Below are positions 59,871-64,000 of a stretch of DNA of 64,000 bases, in pieces (within the stretch, counting starts at the first letter, position 1; the number at the start of each line of letters is the position of its first letter). Source of the stretch: Asterias rubens (Eukaryota); assembly GCF_902459465.1 (NCBI RefSeq), contig NC_047072.1, positions 14,136,001 to 14,200,000 of the forward strand. Direction: 5' to 3'. The position numbers and the translations under genes were made by a program. The notes beneath the pieces were generated by a model. That model was not told the origin of the DNA, made no database searches, and worked only from the letters and a program-made list of their open reading frames with translations.

Positions 59871-62800
59871 TGAAAAAGGTTTAAAATGAATTTGTGCAGG
59901 AACTTAGTCAGAAGGCGACCAGGCTTGTGAACTGAATCAAGGACCTTGGGGTCCCTTCTTCATAAACTTGAGTTTGAGTTTTAAATCGAACACAGAATGA
60001 AACAAATTGGACAGATAAAGGATTTTTTGGCCGGTATTACCAGGGATGAGATTTTTCAGTCTTTTGGCTGATTTCAGTCTTTTTATGTCGGCCTGGTGAA
60101 GAAAATCTGACAATACTTTTTTCCACGAAGATAGGAATCCTGCTCATTTGTCTACTTTTCTGGTGCTTTGGATTCTGTTTCCAAAAGCTCCTGGAATCTA
60201 TAACCACAGGGGTTACCAAACAGTACCTTGGAATTTCTATCCAAGTTTCATACTTTTTCGTTAGTAATGACTCTCACCCCTGTGTTACTGATGGGTAGTT
60301 ATGTCTGCGTAATTTTTCTAGCAAATCAGCAACTCTGCCTGCCCCCTTTGGTGTTTTCACATTATGTTCGGTGTTTTCACATTATGTTCGGTGTTTAGAC
60401 TTTTTGGTTTGGGTTACAGCTATATTTTCAAATCAAAACAGGTTCTGTGCAAAGCCGGTTTTGTTTTTAAGGGGAGGGTGTCTTTTCCGATATTACAACT
60501 CTAAATTAAAAGAACCAAACAATGATTCCAAGACAATAAATCTTGTTTTATTATAATAAGAATGTTTGTTATCACAATCAATGTTGTGTGAATACACAGT
60601 TTGTTTCTTCTTAATACCCCAATACTTGACATATAAAATCTCTTTTGAACATACAATTACAATATATTACTTGATATCAATTAAATATCAGATGTTGCCT
60701 TTTTCCATTCAAGGTAATCTGATTTATTACAACTCTTTAAATACTACTTTTACAATATTAATTACTGTGAATACCATACTAGATAGAGGAAACATAGATA
60801 TAACAATTAGTAGAGGCAGGACTCCAGACAACTCTCGCACACAAAACACACATCCTCTTTCACGAATTTAGACAACAAACATTACATTTACATGTTAATT
60901 TGTCTCACTATGTTTGACAAATTGTGACTGTGTCCATTTGAACTCTTCCACCAACTGAGAAGACATCTTGTGAAAAAATTTCCCAAGCCCAGTAAAATTA
61001 TTGTTTAAATTTGTAGTCTGTGGTTTGGACCTGGTTTTAATTATGGAAGTGATCACTAGCAACTTGCCAATATTTATGGTTCCCATGTCTCTCTTTCCCA
61101 AAGTAAACAAATTTTGTTTGTAAAATAACACAGGTTGGTTAGTCTCTTGTCAAAACAAGTTTGAACATGTTTCGATGCATCACTGTAGTTGTCACACAGT
61201 GTGTTAAAAATTACATTCTTTCAAACGTCTTGAACCAAGACTCAAAAGTAATCTGGGCAGAATTGCAGATTGGCTTTACTACATAACCTGACTGTATCAG
61301 AAACAGCTTCTAACATCAAACTGGAATGGTCAAACTGTTTCCCTATGTGGTAAAGTTAACCAATCAAATGACAGGTTATGTAAGTGTATTTTTACAAGTT
61401 GTTCATCACTTCAAATCAATCATCCATTCATACACACCCATTCTGCCGTGTCATTCCAGCATCAATCACACATTAAAAGGCTACAAACATTATTGGTAAA
61501 ATATGACCAAGTGCATGCATAGTTAAACAAAAACATAAAAACATACAAAACAAAGACCATTGTTACATTCAGCCATTGGCAGACCATTAGGCCCACAATG
61601 GATTATAGCAATGCGCAATAATAACAGTAGCCCCCTAACTGAAGTCTGCTTTAATTCCACCCTTTTTGTATAATGTATGCCCAACCCATACTTCAGTAAC
61701 CCTTAATCTTTCTCAAATCAAAAATCTAAACCATCCATGATTTTTCCCAGCAACATTAATGCAAAAATAACTTCTTTATCAGCAATAGTGATAAAAAAAA
61801 TGCCCCACACAATTTTGCAAAACTTTGTTTCTCCTTAACGAGGCGGACAACTACCTCATGGGAAAAGTTCCCTACTTGAAAAAGGGGCTTTAGATATACC
61901 TCACACACTTCAAGCAGATATTACAATTTTCTGCTTTTAAGCAATAAACTGTTTTTAAAAAACCAGCACAAAAGCACAAAATAATCGCAAACAGGTTTGG
62001 AAAAGAACAAAAACAAAAAAATTAAAAATAAGTTGCTTAGTTTGAAAATGCTGTCACACATAAATGTTTGAGAAATACATTTTCACAACATTACCTTTGG
62101 CACATTTTTCATCTCAAAATTTGACTAATTTGTTATTCTAAATAATGATGTTAAACATACATGTAGTCGCTGTTGAATTTCAGTTAATTTAATGGGCAAG
62201 GATTTATGATAAAACTTAAAATAAACTACTAAAAGAAGTTGTAAATTGGAGGTTTACTATGGATGATTTTAAATAATAAAAGGAGTAATATAACTCCACT
62301 CGAGAGAAAAAAGGAGTATACAAGTAAATGGAAGTTAAATTTACTTTAAGCGTGTTATAATACTTGGATGAAGCTACAATCACAGTAAGCTCACAGTCAG
62401 TTCCTTAAAGCTCTTAAAGTAAACAAAAAAAAGCACACTGACTATAGAGCCTTATACAATGCATGTTGTTGACCTTTGGCAAAGTTTGACCTGGTAACAG
62501 CAGAATGACAACATACCATGAAAAGAACTGCTCATAATTTAAGTATTGCCTCTGTTACAGAACCCAGACATCTTTCCCGCCATTAAGGAAGTCCCTGTTA
62601 CCCCAAGGTTTCCCATTTGGGTACCTCAGGGAAAGTTGGGCTTCATACCAGGGGTGCGTTTTGGCGGTCGTTACCAGTAACTGTTTCGGTCATTGGACAG
62701 TGAATGATTAACCAATGGGCAACTGAACTGAAACAGTTATTGCCGCTTAGAAACCTTGTGTTTTAATACGCTTAAAAGCGCTATATAAATGCATGTTATT

Positions 62801-63495
62801 ATTATTGGTTAGGACCACCAAAACGCACTCCAGTACAGGTATATACCAAAACAACAAAAACCTCTTTGGCAAATGTTTTCGCATGTCAACTCTCCTGACG
62901 CTGTTTACATTCAACCAATACTAAAAACTTAATCACTACTTTACTATCAGGTCTTACAATCGACAGTATACAGCTAATCCGACTTGGGAAGCACTCATTT
63001 TATCCTCAAAAGTTGTGTTGGTAATCTATTTGAACACACATCCCTTGCATTTGATGCCAAGTTTGGGATTAAAGGGGATTATAGGTGGCAGCAAACTTAC
63101 CAGGTAAATTTCCACTAGCCCTTCACCATTGCATTAAAGAATGCACACAGAACCACTTAGTTGGCAAGGCCAATAGATGTGGACTAGGTAGACACACAAA
63201 ATGCATGCGTCAAGCCACCATCAGCCCCATAAACAAAGGCGCAGTGTTGCGTATAACAATGTATTTACCTGGTTAGTCTGCTGCCACCTACTGTCCCAAA
63301 AAGTCTCACACTGATTCATTTCAAGCAATATGCTTTAACAGGATTGGACTTGAGCAGCAAAAAAAAAAAAATCTTCTGTATTTTATCAATGTGCAGAACA
63401 TTTACTTTATAGTCCGTGACATTAACACCACAAACTTAAGACATTTAATGTTATATAACTTATTTATGAGTTTTAGAAGCGGAGTTGTTTTGCTC

Positions 63496-63884
63496 TTAAA
63501 GACACTGGACACTATTGGTATGTGTCAAAGACCAGTCTTCTCACATGGTGTATCTCAACATATGCATAAAATAACAAACCTGTGAAAATTTGAGCTCAAT
63601 TGGTCGTCAAAGTTGCGAGATAATAATAAAAGAAAAAACGCCCTTGTCACACGAAGTTGTGTGCTTTCAGATGCTTGATTTCGAGACCTCAAGTTCTAAA
63701 CCCGAGGTCTCAAAATCAAATTCGTGGACAATCACTTCTTTCTCAAAAACTACGTTACTTCAGAGGGAGCCGCCGTTTCTCACAATGTTTTATACTATCA
63801 AACTCTCCCCATTACTCGTTACCAAGTAAGGTTCTATGCTAATAACTATTTTGAGTAATTACCAATAGTGTCCACTGCCTTTAA
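63496..63884. mobile_element. Kolobok-type MITE family 1
   Basis: TTAA-AGACACTGGACACTATTGG...CCAATAGTGTCCACTGCCT-TTAA. Confidence 0.9.
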
Positions 63885-64000
63885 GCAATATACCTTTTTA
63901 AAAATTTCCTTATCAAAACAAAATTATCTACCCGGTTGGGAGAATCAAATGTTCAGACCACAACCTTACATTTGTTTTTGGCCTTAATATACTACTGTTC

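Noticed and set aside
60895-61345. Possible minus-strand coding exons (GKQFDHSSLMLEAVSDTV at ~61345-61290; ORF 60895-61131)
   Set aside because: Splice-like sites exist, but there is no recognisable protein and no chain of phase-consistent upstream exons.

Overview
Eukaryotic, AT-rich, intron-containing genomic DNA with no bacterial operons or CRISPR. The repeat content (TTAA-flanked Kolobok-type MITEs, tRNA-derived SINEs) suggests a marine invertebrate deuterostome, probably an echinoderm such as a sea star; this is an inference. Seven protein-coding genes can be rebuilt by hand with consistent splice phases in 1-47.7 kb: a PCNP-like gene (-, runs off the window start); a 13-exon, ~953-aa uncharacterised ARM/HEAT-like gene (+, with one GC-AG intron); an intronless sulfotransferase-like ORF (+, 331 aa); a RING-coiled coil-NHL (TRIM-NHL-like) gene (-, 639 aa); POLR2F/RPB6 (+, 128 aa); MYCBP (-, 103 aa, with a U12-type intron); and TMEM39 (+, 473 aa). 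From 47.7 to 64 kb there is no confident CDS. That part holds a candidate spliced non-coding transcript, a 100-bp satellite and a 7-copy 141-bp array of tRNA-like Pol III units. Introns are full of short non-autonomous DNA transposons with TSDs of 2, 4 (TTAA), 6, 8 and 9 bp, plus three hammerhead-ribozyme-like relics and a 35-bp minisatellite. All coordinates were read by eye and none were confirmed by database search.
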